A DNA stretch of 62,351 nucleotides, the filler included, from Bdellovibrionota bacterium (GTDB lineage: Bacteria; Bdellovibrionota; Bdellovibrionia; Bdellovibrionales; JAEYZS01): the NCBI GenBank assembly GCA_963169515.1. It is 5 parts of 5 records of this genome, joined end to end, with 100 filler letters (N's around TTAATTAATTAA, not from the genome) between each part and the next. Parts side by side here need not be neighbours in the genome. Positions count along the whole stretch, not along the records: positions 1 to 22,204 come from CAUJEF010000044.1; 4 more parts are not named here. The stretch is one strand, 5' to 3'. Below are positions 10,593 to 20,399 of the stretch, in pieces; position 1 is the first letter of the stretch; each line of letters begins with the position of its first letter. The notes under the pieces were generated by a model. It made no database searches and was not told the origin of the DNA. It saw only the letters and a list, made by a program, of their open reading frames with translations. A program made the position numbers and the translations under genes.

Positions 10593-12638
10593 ATGAAGAG
10601 GGCGGTAATTTCTTTTCTTTTATTGTTTTTTACTGCGATAAATCTGACGGCAGCGGTTCAAGGAGACTTCAAAACAGACGACCGTCGTGGAGAGCCATCG
10701 GAATATGACCCAGGGCCAGATAAAGATTCTCAATGGGTGAAATTATTTGGAAGTATCCCAAACTACCGAGCTCTTGGGCAAGCAATCCTTGGCGGAACAG
10801 GCGAAAAATTTAGATGGCAAATGGGGCCGATGTGGTATCGAGGACGCCTTGGCGTAAATCAAGTTAAAGCGTTCATTGTTGGACAAGAAGGGGCACAAGA
10901 CGAAAACATATCAAATCGTGCATTTACTGGGTCGACAGGGACAAAGACACAAAAATTTCTTAATCATTTAGGTCTTTATCGCAGTTATCTTTTTTTAAAC
11001 ACGTTCGTTTATACAATCAACGGCCAACGGGATACGACAAATCCACGATATTTTTGGATGGAACAAAACATAAACAGTCCAATTGTAAAATACCGGCACT
11101 CTTTGTTTGATCAAATGTTAACAACAAATTTTAAATCCATCTCGTTGATGATGGGCGTGGGGGCAGGGGGAAAAGAATCTTTAGCAACGTGGATAAATGC
11201 TCGCGGCGGTAAATGTATGTCCGGCAATGATCTTGAAAAATGTGATGTAAGCGGAATTTACACGTGGTTCAAAAAAAACAAAAACGTAAAAATTGAAAAT
11301 AAAATTCTTGTTGTTGGCGTTCCGCACCCTGGAGGGGCAAATCCAAACCTCGGCGGTGATGCAGCCATGCAAAACATCATTCGCGGCTTTACAAATGCTG
11401 CAAAAAGGGTTGCGACATTCAAATCTCAAAATCCAGAATGGTTGCCTCTTGATCCAGACGAAAAGGCATCAGACAACGAATACATTGCGCGATTAAATTC
11501 AGACTACAAATATGGAAATGCTCCCGTACCTTTCCGTGACTTTGCATACGGAACGAATTGGCGAATGGGGTCGTCGGGCACTTCTTCAAACCGTTGGGGC
11601 GCAGATTCAATTCAGGTATTTTCCAAAGACGGTGAATATGCCTTTAAGGACCATAGCGCCTACGGGCCGCGCCCATCGGACAAAGAAGAGCTTCTTGATA
11701 TCATAAAAACAAAAAGTAAAAACAAATTGATTGTTGGAATGGAGCCGGCAGACGTTCCTTACGAACCCCCAAAGTGGTATGACAAAAGCCCGGACCATGC
11801 AAAACAGTACGACTATGGGCCATGTGAAGAAAGGGAAACTGCGTGTGATCTCGCAAAATTATTACAGTCTTGGCCGAACTTTTATTCAGACGTGGCCCCT
11901 GTAAGCGCGCCCGATTTTGGCCATGGACCGGTTTACAGAGGAAGACTGCAAAATGCGATTGTTCTCGTGATTGCAGATCAAACGTCACATGACGATTTCT
12001 TTTCAGCGCGAGCGCTGACCGGAGAGGTTGGGCAAAAGCTACAAACATGGTTGGGCACAATCAGGGTGGGGTCCGCATATGCAATTCTAAGGACTCTCCC
12101 CGTGGATACCCTGGGCATGAACCCCCAAGAGGTTAGGAAAATTGCATTGCGTAGCGATGTTTTAGCGGCGCGACAAAAAATCCTCGATTTCATACTGGGC
12201 AAGGGAAACACAAAGGTGATCGTGACGTTAGGGGCTGTGGCTCAAGAAACTGTTCAAAGCCAAAGCGTCGGCAATGTTAAGGTTGTAAGCCTTGATCTTT
12301 CTCAAAACACAAGCCAAATAAACCAAGTGGCCAAAGAAGTGGCCGCGATTCTTGGGGAAAAAATAAAAGACTCATATAACGGACGATTGACGGCAATCCC
12401 TCGAGAAGACCTTCCGGTCCACACGCGCTGGTGGATGGGGACGTCGGGCAATCGAGCGCAGCGCGGAGAAAACGCAGACACTTTGGGCATTTACTATCGA
12501 TTATATGCTCCTGGTTGGGTGCGCAGCTTTCGTGCGAATCCGCTTTCAAGCGCAGAAAGATACGAGCTTAAAAAGCTTTTAAAGGGTGTGGCGTTTGGGG
12601 TGTCTTCTTCTGACGCCCCAGAAGAGGAAGAAAACTAG
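10593..12638 (+). CDS. Secreted protein with two tandem uracil-DNA glycosylase-superfamily-like domains
   Basis: Signal peptide; GQEGAQDE..NRAFTGSTG...LN, GVPHPG; second copy ADQTSHDD...RALTGEVG. Confidence 0.7.
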   Translation: MKRAVISFLLLFFTAINLTAAVQGDFKTDDRRGEPSEYDPGPDKDSQWVKLFGSIPNYRALGQAILGGTGEKFRWQMGPMWYRGRLGVNQVKAFIVGQEGAQDENISNRAFTGSTGTKTQKFLNHLGLYRSYLFLNTFVYTINGQRDTTNPRYFWMEQNINSPIVKYRHSLFDQMLTTNFKSISLMMGVGAGGKESLATWINARGGKCMSGNDLEKCDVSGIYTWFKKNKNVKIENKILVVGVPHPGGANPNLGGDAAMQNIIRGFTNAAKRVATFKSQNPEWLPLDPDEKASDNEYIARLNSDYKYGNAPVPFRDFAYGTNWRMGSSGTSSNRWGADSIQVFSKDGEYAFKDHSAYGPRPSDKEELLDIIKTKSKNKLIVGMEPADVPYEPPKWYDKSPDHAKQYDYGPCEERETACDLAKLLQSWPNFYSDVAPVSAPDFGHGPVYRGRLQNAIVLVIADQTSHDDFFSARALTGEVGQKLQTWLGTIRVGSAYAILRTLPVDTLGMNPQEVRKIALRSDVLAARQKILDFILGKGNTKVIVTLGAVAQETVQSQSVGNVKVVSLDLSQNTSQINQVAKEVAAILGEKIKDSYNGRLTAIPREDLPVHTRWWMGTSGNRAQRGENADTLGIYYRLYAPGWVRSFRANPLSSAERYELKKLLKGVAFGVSSSDAPEEEEN

Positions 12639-13735
12639 GCTGGCTTTTTCGAGGATGGTGGCACAAGGGGCTTGCCCGGGGTGGCCGTCGGGGGCACCGG
12701 ATTTTGAATTTTCTTTGCTAAATATACAGAGGCTTCTTCATAGGAGACAATTTTTTTCTGGATCAGCTCTTGGATTGAATTTTCAAATGTCATCATGCCT
12801 TGTGCGCGCCCTGTTTGCATAATTGATGGAATTTGAAACGTCTTGCCCTCTCGAATTAAATTTGAAATGGCATTGTTGGTTACTAGTATTTCAAGCGCGG
12901 CGACACGGCCCGGAGAGATTGTTTTTAATAATGTTTGCGAAACAACGCCACGTAAACTTTCTGAAAGCATAACGCGAATTTGTTCTTGTTGGTCAGTCGG
13001 GAAAACGTCAATAATACGATCTACGGTCTTTGCTGCGCTGTTGGTGTGCAGGGTTCCGAACACCAAATGCCCCGTTTCTGCTGCGGAAATGGCAAGCTGT
13101 ATCGTTTCAAGGTCTCGCATTTCACCGACAAGAATAATGTCCGGGTCCTCGCGGAGAGCGGCCTTGAGTGCGTTTGCAAAATTTTTTGTGTGACTGCTGA
13201 CCTCGCGTTGATTTACGAGCGATTGTTTGTTTTCATGTACAAACTCAATAGGGTCTTCAACCGTTAGGATATGACAGTGTTGATTTGCGTTTATATAATC
13301 GATCATTGCCGCGAGCGTGGTTGATTTTCCTGAGCCCGTTGGACCCGTTACAAGAATTAGGCCCTTTGGCACGTCGACCAAATCCAGAACTTGCGGGGGA
13401 AGGTTTAGTTCTTGGACAGACTTGATCGTGGTTGGGATAAAGCGAAATACGGCGCCGACGCCTTTGCGTTGCATGAACACGTTTACGCGCACACGGCCCT
13501 GGTCGGGAACAGAGTAGGTGCAGTCCAACTCCCAATTTTCAACAAAAACTTTTTTTTGCCGCTCTGTTAGAATTTCAAAAATAAGGGCCTGAGCTTCTTC
13601 TGCGCTTAGCGCACGATAGTTTAACGCGGTCATGTCGCCATTGATGCGCAAGTATGGCGGGGCACAACTCGTAATGTGCAAATCCGAAGCGCCCTGTTCC
13701 TTCATGATCTTGAATAGGTCATCAAGTTTTGCCAT
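12635..13735 (-). CDS. pilT: Type IV pilus retraction ATPase
   Basis: ASDLH, GPTGSGKST, EDPIE, ALREDPD, GEMRD, TLHT. Confidence 0.95.
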   Translation of the reverse strand: MAKLDDLFKIMKEQGASDLHITSCAPPYLRINGDMTALNYRALSAEEAQALIFEILTERQKKVFVENWELDCTYSVPDQGRVRVNVFMQRKGVGAVFRFIPTTIKSVQELNLPPQVLDLVDVPKGLILVTGPTGSGKSTTLAAMIDYINANQHCHILTVEDPIEFVHENKQSLVNQREVSSHTKNFANALKAALREDPDIILVGEMRDLETIQLAISAAETGHLVFGTLHTNSAAKTVDRIIDVFPTDQQEQIRVMLSESLRGVVSQTLLKTISPGRVAALEILVTNNAISNLIREGKTFQIPSIMQTGRAQGMMTFENSIQELIQKKIVSYEEASVYLAKKIQNPVPPTATPGKPLVPPSSKKPA

Positions 13736-13816
13736 GCATATTTACTCGGTATTTCAGGTGAAATTCTAAATCTGGTCTTGAGTCTGAGACGACTTAGGTC
13801 TAGCCTGTAGAGCAAT

Positions 13817-15343
13817 ATGGCCTCTGAAATTCTCATACAGGTTCGCCCCAACGAAACGCGTGTCGCATTCATTCAGAATGGTGTTTTAAACGATTTAATG
13901 ATTGAACGAAATCGACAGAGAGGGCTCGTAGGATCGATATTTCGAGGGAAAGTGATTCGCGTCCTGCCGGGAATGCAGGCCGCATTTGTCGACGTGGGCC
14001 TGGACCGCGCTGCTTTTTTGTATGTTGGTGATGTAAAACAGGACGATAAAACGGAATTGCTGTGGGACGAACCTGAAGAAAAATCCAGCGATATTGAATT
14101 TGATGAAAAGAAGCAGGGGGAATTGCAACCAAGCGGCCCCCAGATTCAAGACCTTCTCAAAGAAGGGCAGGATATTTTGGTTCAAATTGCAAAAGACCCA
14201 ATCGGTACAAAAGGTGCTCGCATAACAACACACATTTCAATTCCAGGCCGGTTTGTGGTTTATATGCCGACATTGAGCCATCTGGGCGTTTCTAGAAAAA
14301 TTGAGAATGAAGAAGAGAGAAATCGCTTAAAAGAAATTATGGACCGACTTCGCGTCAACATTCCGGGTGGGTTTATAGTGCGAACAGCGGCTGAGGGGGC
14401 GACGGAAGAAAACTTACAAGCAGACATCAATTACTTGGCCTCAATTTATGATGAGGTTTCAAAATTTTACGAAACTCGGAAGAAGTTCGGTTTGATTCAC
14501 AGCGACCTGGATGTGGAGTTGCGCGCAGTACGTGATTTATTAAACGAAGACGTCTCTCGAGTTGTTGTCGACGACGAAGATGTCCAAAAACGCGTCGTAA
14601 AATTCATTTCTCAGTTCATGCCAAAGCTAAAAAACAGGGTTGAGTTTTTGCCCTCAGTTCAGCCGCTGTTTGATAAATATGAAATTGATATTGAAGTGTC
14701 GCGCTCGCTGGGGCGTAAGGTGTGGTTAAAATCTGGGGGTTACATTATTATAGACGAGGCGGAGGCCCTTGTCGTGATTGACGTCAATACGGGCAAGTTT
14801 GTGGGCAAAAAGGACCTAGAGGATACAATTTTAAAAACAAATTTGGAGTCGGTAAAAGAAATTGCGCATCAACTTCGCATTCGCAACTGCGGCGGTATCA
14901 TTATTATCGACTTTATTGATATGGCGCGAGAAGGGAATCGTGAAAAGGTCATGGCTGCCCTTAAGGAAGAGCTTAAAAAAGACCGAGCGCGCACAAGTGT
15001 CATGGGAATGTCGTCCCTTGGGCTGGTTGAGATGACCAGAAAGCGTGTTCGCCCAAGCCTTCTTAAAACGCTCTGTGAGCCTTGCAACTACTGTGACGGT
15101 AAGGGCTACATTAAGAATAAATACACAATGACGAGCGAGCTCTTCCGTGAAATAGAGCGCGAAGCAGCCACCCATCCAGGATCACAGTCTGTAGAGGTCC
15201 ATTGCCATAGTGCGCTTGCAGATTGGATTTATGAGGAAGAGGGCGTTCCTCTAGAGAAACTAGAAAAGAAAATTCAAAAGCGTATTACGTTTAAAATTGA
15301 GCCAGATTTTCACAATGAGCAGTACGAACTTTTTGTAGAATAA
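13817..15343 (+). CDS. rng: Ribonuclease E/G family (RNase G-length)
   Basis: VLPGMQAAFVDVG, IDVNTG, GGIIIIDFIDM, CxxC. Confidence 0.92.
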   Translation: MASEILIQVRPNETRVAFIQNGVLNDLMIERNRQRGLVGSIFRGKVIRVLPGMQAAFVDVGLDRAAFLYVGDVKQDDKTELLWDEPEEKSSDIEFDEKKQGELQPSGPQIQDLLKEGQDILVQIAKDPIGTKGARITTHISIPGRFVVYMPTLSHLGVSRKIENEEERNRLKEIMDRLRVNIPGGFIVRTAAEGATEENLQADINYLASIYDEVSKFYETRKKFGLIHSDLDVELRAVRDLLNEDVSRVVVDDEDVQKRVVKFISQFMPKLKNRVEFLPSVQPLFDKYEIDIEVSRSLGRKVWLKSGGYIIIDEAEALVVIDVNTGKFVGKKDLEDTILKTNLESVKEIAHQLRIRNCGGIIIIDFIDMAREGNREKVMAALKEELKKDRARTSVMGMSSLGLVEMTRKRVRPSLLKTLCEPCNYCDGKGYIKNKYTMTSELFREIEREAATHPGSQSVEVHCHSALADWIYEEEGVPLEKLEKKIQKRITFKIEPDFHNEQYELFVE

Positions 15344-15470
15344 AGCCCAAAAAAACAGTCCAGAGAAATGTTTGTAAAATTTTTTCAAGGAATTCTGGAG
15401 TCCAAGGAAAAACATTACATTGATGGGACTTTTATGCCAAACCATAAAGCCATAAAAGGAGGCTCGGGTT

Positions 15471-17099
15471 ATGAGGCACAAAAGGCTCGTTTTTGGCGTA
15501 CTTTTCATCGGCAGCGTGGGGCTTGCTCTGCCATACGAGGGCCCTCAAATTGTGGGGAAGTCCGATGTTTCATGGACTCAATACTGCAAAGAAGTGGATG
15601 GTCTTCCTTTTCCAAACTACAATGAAATGATCGTTGCTAAAGCGGCGGCAAAGCTTTCGAAGGTGGCGCCACTGAGTTTTTATTACTATGCGGGGCCGAT
15701 GAGAGCTTATGGTCTGAACAAAGCATCGCTTCCAACAAGCAACGAGATTCCTGCCGAAACAACCGTGACAGCTCACAACTTTCTGGTCATCTTGTGCGGT
15801 GAATTTAGGGATCGTCCAACGCTAATTGAAGCAAAGTTAAACTGGGTTTTAAATCTTCATAAGCTGTATACAGACGAACAACAACCGATAGATTACAGTC
15901 GGCCCTTGTGGGGGCAGATATCTGCACATAGCTACGGCCCGTATTTGCAGTATTCACAAGCGCTTTATTACAGTCGCCGAGAGGAAATTAAGAAATTTAA
16001 GTACGGGAAATATTCTTTGGAAGAGCCCGTTTCAGCACAAACCATTTGTGAAACAAAATATATAATGGGCGAAGTGATCGCAAAGATAGACGAAAAGGAT
16101 AAAAGAAAAATAAAGAAAGGTGCGAAAAATATTTTTCCTGGCTTAAGACGCCATAACAAAGCGCTTGCTAAATTTTCAAGGCAGAGCGAAAAAAACTGTT
16201 CATTGGACGATCTGAATTACTTTTATGATTTTCGTGGAGACTCTAACTTTAAACCCAATTCCCCAGAGTCAAACGGCATGATTTGGTATTCAAGCTCAAT
16301 CACAGGTCAATGCCAGTCGCCGACGACAGCGAAAACAGGAGCCAAGGGAATAAGCGATGAAATGTGTGCGACTTACTTTAAGTCGCCATTCCTATCCCGA
16401 TGGAATGCTGCGCGCGCAGGGCTGGCAACATGGATATTCAGGAATCAAGCCTATGACGATACGTTTGCCGCCGAAGGGGAGAGAGTGACCATTCTTCCTC
16501 AGGTCGGAAATTTGAGCGCACCATTTCCATTCAAAATAGGCGAAGAGATAATTGCAAAATATATGGACGGTTGGAACTATGTAGACCATTGGTATAAAGG
16601 TGATTTGGGGTTCAATGAGATAATGAACCCTGGGTCTGGAAACATCGACCAAATGAATCTTGCATATGAACGTATTCGCGACGCCGTAAATCGACACACA
16701 GATTGGTACGCCTCTGGTTACGATGATGGAATGGGCACAGTACGGGATCAGGCTTACTCACCATTTGTGGCAAGTAGTTATGAGATGAGCGCGTCAGATG
16801 AATTTACCGCCCCCGGAACAACAGTTCAATCTCCGAGCGACGGACGGAAACACTGGATGTTTGTGTTCCGCATTCCAATTAACAATTGGTACAACAGCAA
16901 AACATTGAAGCAAGGGGTGCCAGTTAATTTTGATACGATGTGGTTTGATGAGACAACATTTGGAACAAACAGCCTCGCGCGCTCTGAGCGAGCCTGGGAC
17001 CGCCTGGGAACGGCCCTTGAAAATGAGCTGGATTCGATCATCTATCTCCACAACATCACAGTTGATGGAGAGGTGTCTTCGGATGGAAGTTCATTTTAG
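15471..17099 (+). CDS. Hypothetical secreted protein, possible ADP-ribosyltransferase-like fold (see findings)
   Basis: 542-aa ORF, AAGGAGG RBS, signal peptide. Confidence 0.8.
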   Translation: MRHKRLVFGVLFIGSVGLALPYEGPQIVGKSDVSWTQYCKEVDGLPFPNYNEMIVAKAAAKLSKVAPLSFYYYAGPMRAYGLNKASLPTSNEIPAETTVTAHNFLVILCGEFRDRPTLIEAKLNWVLNLHKLYTDEQQPIDYSRPLWGQISAHSYGPYLQYSQALYYSRREEIKKFKYGKYSLEEPVSAQTICETKYIMGEVIAKIDEKDKRKIKKGAKNIFPGLRRHNKALAKFSRQSEKNCSLDDLNYFYDFRGDSNFKPNSPESNGMIWYSSSITGQCQSPTTAKTGAKGISDEMCATYFKSPFLSRWNAARAGLATWIFRNQAYDDTFAAEGERVTILPQVGNLSAPFPFKIGEEIIAKYMDGWNYVDHWYKGDLGFNEIMNPGSGNIDQMNLAYERIRDAVNRHTDWYASGYDDGMGTVRDQAYSPFVASSYEMSASDEFTAPGTTVQSPSDGRKHWMFVFRIPINNWYNSKTLKQGVPVNFDTMWFDETTFGTNSLARSERAWDRLGTALENELDSIIYLHNITVDGEVSSDGSSF

Positions 17100-17109
17100 A
17101 GGGTCAGCA

Positions 17110-17316
17110 TCACCGAACAAAGTAAGAAACTCCCAACAGAGTGATCCCGATGACCCAATTCCAAGTGAGATCGTAAACAAAATAGGGATAAATCATCAGG
17201 GCAAGGCCAGAAAAAACGAGGCCATAATTTATTTTCTTGCGGCCAGTTTGAAAAATGGCCCACCCGGCAACGCCAAAGACAAATCCGGGAATAAGGGTTA
17301 AAGGATTGAAATTCAT
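17110..17316 (-). CDS. Small hypothetical membrane protein
   Basis: 68 aa, three hydrophobic segments, L..YPYFV. Confidence 0.7.
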   Translation of the reverse strand: MNFNPLTLIPGFVFGVAGWAIFQTGRKKINYGLVFSGLALMIYPYFVYDLTWNWVIGITLLGVSYFVR

Positions 17317-17421
17317 AAGAAAAAACTACCGCGTTGCCCCTCAAAAGGACACTAAAAAGTGGACGTAACACATTGACAGAGCTAATGCTACGTGGCAGAT
17401 TGCGATGTTTCGGAGGACATT

Positions 17422-17976
17422 ATGTACGCAATCATTCGTTCTGGTGGAAATCAGTTTAAAGCAGAGCCAGGAAAAACTCTTCGTGTTAACAGCTTAGATA
17501 CAGAACTGGGAAAAGAATTCGATATAGATCAAGTATTGTTTGTTGGCGGTGAAAACGCAGTTGTTGGAACTCCTTTTGTTCCAAAAGCAAAAGTCCGCGT
17601 GATTGTAACTCAACACGGACGCGAAACAAAAGTTATCGTTTTCAAAAAGAAACGGCGCCAAGGCTATCGCCGGACCCGCGGCTTCCGTGCGGATTTTACA
17701 GATTTGTTTGTTCTTTCTGTGACAGGAGCAGACGGGAAAACCGCAAAGGCAGACAATAAGCCGAACATTTTAGACCCTGTGGCAATTGCAGAAAGAAAAG
17801 CAAAAGCGGCTGTGGCAAAACCAAAAGACATAGAGAAAAAAATGACAACAAAAGAGCCGGTTCGTAAGGCGGCATCAAAAAAGAAATCTGCTAAAAAGCG
17901 GGCTGGAGCAAAAAAATCTACAAAAAAAACAGCGGCGCCTAATAAAAAAACGACGGCAACCAAAAAGAAAGCGTAA
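17422..17976 (+). CDS. rplU: 50S ribosomal protein L21 with Lys/Ala-rich C-terminal extension
   Basis: [33 protein letters not shown]. Confidence 0.95.
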   Translation: MYAIIRSGGNQFKAEPGKTLRVNSLDTELGKEFDIDQVLFVGGENAVVGTPFVPKAKVRVIVTQHGRETKVIVFKKKRRQGYRRTRGFRADFTDLFVLSVTGADGKTAKADNKPNILDPVAIAERKAKAAVAKPKDIEKKMTTKEPVRKAASKKKSAKKRAGAKKSTKKTAAPNKKTTATKKKA

Positions 17977-17986
17977 GGAGTTAGTC

Positions 17987-18253
17987 ATGGCATCAAAGAA
18001 AGCCGGTGGTAGCACAAGAAACGGCAGAGATAGTCAAAGCAAGCGGCTTGGGGTTAAAAGTTTTGGCGGTGAAATAATCAATGCAGGGACCATTATCGTT
18101 CGCCAACGAGGAACAAAATTTAAACCGGGATTAAATGTAGGCGTAGGACGTGACTTCACTTTGTATGCTTTGGTGACGGGAAGAGTCCAGTTCACTCGAG
18201 TGAGCAAAGAAAAAATGAAAGTCAGCGTTCTTGGAGCAACGAAGGCGTCGTAA
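17987..18253 (+). CDS. rpmA: 50S ribosomal protein L27
   Basis: [24 protein letters not shown]. Confidence 0.97.
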   Translation: MASKKAGGSTRNGRDSQSKRLGVKSFGGEIINAGTIIVRQRGTKFKPGLNVGVGRDFTLYALVTGRVQFTRVSKEKMKVSVLGATKAS

Positions 18254-18284
18254 TTTAAATTTTGCGGCATTAAATTGCGGTTCT

Positions 18285-18312
18285 AAAATGGCAATCGAAA
18301 GATTGCCATTTT
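18285..18312 (+). terminator. Intrinsic terminator hairpin after rpmA
   Basis: AAAATGGCAATC-GAAA-GATTGCCATTTT perfect 12-bp inverted repeat. Confidence 0.8.
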
Positions 18313-18364
18313 CGTTTCAGCAGAGTTTTTATTTTGAATTGACGCGAAACAAGCGAAGTTTGGT

Positions 18365-19381
18365 ATGAAATTTATAGATGAAATTAAAATTACAGTCCAA
18401 TCTGGCAAAGGCGGCCCTGGTTGTGTGAGCTACCGTAGAGAGAAATGGGTTCCGCGAGGCGGCCCAGACGGCGGAGATGGCGGGCGTGGAGGCAATGTTA
18501 TTTTTCGAGTGGATATGCATGTAAACACTCTTCTAAAGCTTCGTTTTAGAAGCAAATACAAGGCCCAAGATGGTCAGCCAGGAATGGCCGAGCAACGTAC
18601 AGGCGCTGACGGGGAGGACCTTATTATTGATGTTCCCGCGGGGACGGTATTGACAAACATTGCCACTAACGAGCGCATTGATTTAAACGAAGAAAACCAA
18701 GAAATGTTGTTGCTTGAGGGGGGCCGTGGAGGGAAAGGGAATTTATTTTTTAAAACAAGCGTAAACCAAGCGCCCGACCGCGCACAGCCGGGCGAGCCGG
18801 GACAAGCGGCCGACGTCCACCTAGAGCTTAAGTTGATGGCTGACGTCGGCATTATTGGCTTTCCAAATGCGGGAAAATCGACGTTTATTTCTAAAATTTC
18901 AAAAGCAAAGCCAAAAATTGCAGACTATCCATTTACAACACTAACGCCAAATCTAGGGGTGGTCCAGGTCGGAGACGAATCTGATTTTGTCATTGCGGAC
19001 ATTCCGGGTCTAATTCCTGGCGCGCACAAAGGGGCGGGGCTTGGAATACAATTTCTAAGGCACATTGAGCGAACGAAATGCTTTGTCCACATTGTGGACG
19101 TGAGCCCAATGACAGAGGGTGATCCATTTGAGAATTACTTAGCAATCAATGCAGAGCTTTCCGCGTACGACAGGGAACACAATTTGGAAGACCCATTGGC
19201 AAGGCGACGTCAAATAGTTGTCTTGAATAAGATTGATCTTATAGACAAAGAAGAAGTGGAGCGAATAGAGCGAAAATTTTTAGCCCACAAAGTTGCGGTT
19301 GAAGTTATGTCTGGGTTGTCGGGGTATGGAATTAAAGACTTAATTTATAAAATATATTCGATGGTAAAAAAAAATGAATAA
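18365..19381 (+). CDS. obgE: GTPase ObgE/CgtA
   Basis: MKFIDE, GGPDGGDGG, GFPNAGKST, DIPG, NKID. Confidence 0.97.
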   Translation: MKFIDEIKITVQSGKGGPGCVSYRREKWVPRGGPDGGDGGRGGNVIFRVDMHVNTLLKLRFRSKYKAQDGQPGMAEQRTGADGEDLIIDVPAGTVLTNIATNERIDLNEENQEMLLLEGGRGGKGNLFFKTSVNQAPDRAQPGEPGQAADVHLELKLMADVGIIGFPNAGKSTFISKISKAKPKIADYPFTTLTPNLGVVQVGDESDFVIADIPGLIPGAHKGAGLGIQFLRHIERTKCFVHIVDVSPMTEGDPFENYLAINAELSAYDREHNLEDPLARRRQIVVLNKIDLIDKEEVERIERKFLAHKVAVEVMSGLSGYGIKDLIYKIYSMVKKNE

Positions 19382-20399
19382 GAAAATAGGAATTTTTGGC
19401 GGCACATTTAATCCTTTCCATGTGGGGCACTTGAATAGCATTCGAACAGTTATGAAACGGGCAGAATTAGATAAAGTTTATGTTGTCCCTGCCGCGCAAA
19501 ATCCACTGAAGCGAGGCGATGACGTTCCGAGCGCAGAGGATCGTTTGAAAATGGTCGAAATCGCGCTCAAGGGCGAAGGAGATAACATTGTTATCGACGA
19601 CCAGGAAATCCGTCGTGGAGAAATCAGCTATACAATTGAAACAATACGACATTATGGTTCCAAATTTGGAGCAGAAAACTTGTTTTTGATCATGGGAGCA
19701 GATGCGTTTGCAGACTTTGACCTTTGGAAAAGCTATGAAGATATTTTAAAGGAAGCGAATTTAATCGTAACGACTCGACCAAATACGACGCTACCTTTAA
19801 GTGTCTCCGAGTTTCCAAATGGAATTCAAAAATACGTAAAAGATTTTAATTATTCTGGGGTTGCAACCTTAAAAACAGGGCGAACGATTCGATTCCTTCA
19901 ATTAAAAGATTTAGATATTTCTTCCAGTGCGGTTCGAAAAAAATTGAAGCTTGGAAAGAGCGTGGACAAAGCTCTTTCTATAGAGGTAGAGCGATATATC
20001 AGAGAGAATGAAGTTTATCCTTTAATATCGGGAAAGATTCCGAGCTATGAAAAGTTCACTAATTTTTGTGCTCAGGTCATGTTTTCTAAAAAAGCCGTAA
20101 ATGTAAGGGGTTATGATTTAACAAAAATTCAAGCCCCATCTGAATACGCGTTGATTTGTTCGGGCACAAGCACTCGAACCACAAGCGCATTGGCTGAAAA
20201 CATTCGTCGCGCAGTTAAAGAAGAGTACGGAGTAAACCCAATTAGTCTCGAGGGACTGGATGAAGGGCGCTGGGTGTTGATGGACTATGGGGGGCTTATT
20301 ATTCATATTTTTTATGAACTTGTTCGTAACGAATACCGCTTGGAAGATTTGTGGAAAACGGCAAAGCCAATGGGGCTTGAAGACAAATCATTAAAATGA
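19374..20399 (+). CDS. nadD: Nicotinate-nucleotide adenylyltransferase fused to C-terminal ribosome silencing factor RsfS
   Basis: GGTFNPFHVGH and ISSSAVR, then KKA..V...DL, ICSGTS, WVLMDYGGLIIHIF...R..YRLEDLW in one frame. Confidence 0.9.
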   Translation: MNKKIGIFGGTFNPFHVGHLNSIRTVMKRAELDKVYVVPAAQNPLKRGDDVPSAEDRLKMVEIALKGEGDNIVIDDQEIRRGEISYTIETIRHYGSKFGAENLFLIMGADAFADFDLWKSYEDILKEANLIVTTRPNTTLPLSVSEFPNGIQKYVKDFNYSGVATLKTGRTIRFLQLKDLDISSSAVRKKLKLGKSVDKALSIEVERYIRENEVYPLISGKIPSYEKFTNFCAQVMFSKKAVNVRGYDLTKIQAPSEYALICSGTSTRTTSALAENIRRAVKEEYGVNPISLEGLDEGRWVLMDYGGLIIHIFYELVRNEYRLEDLWKTAKPMGLEDKSLK

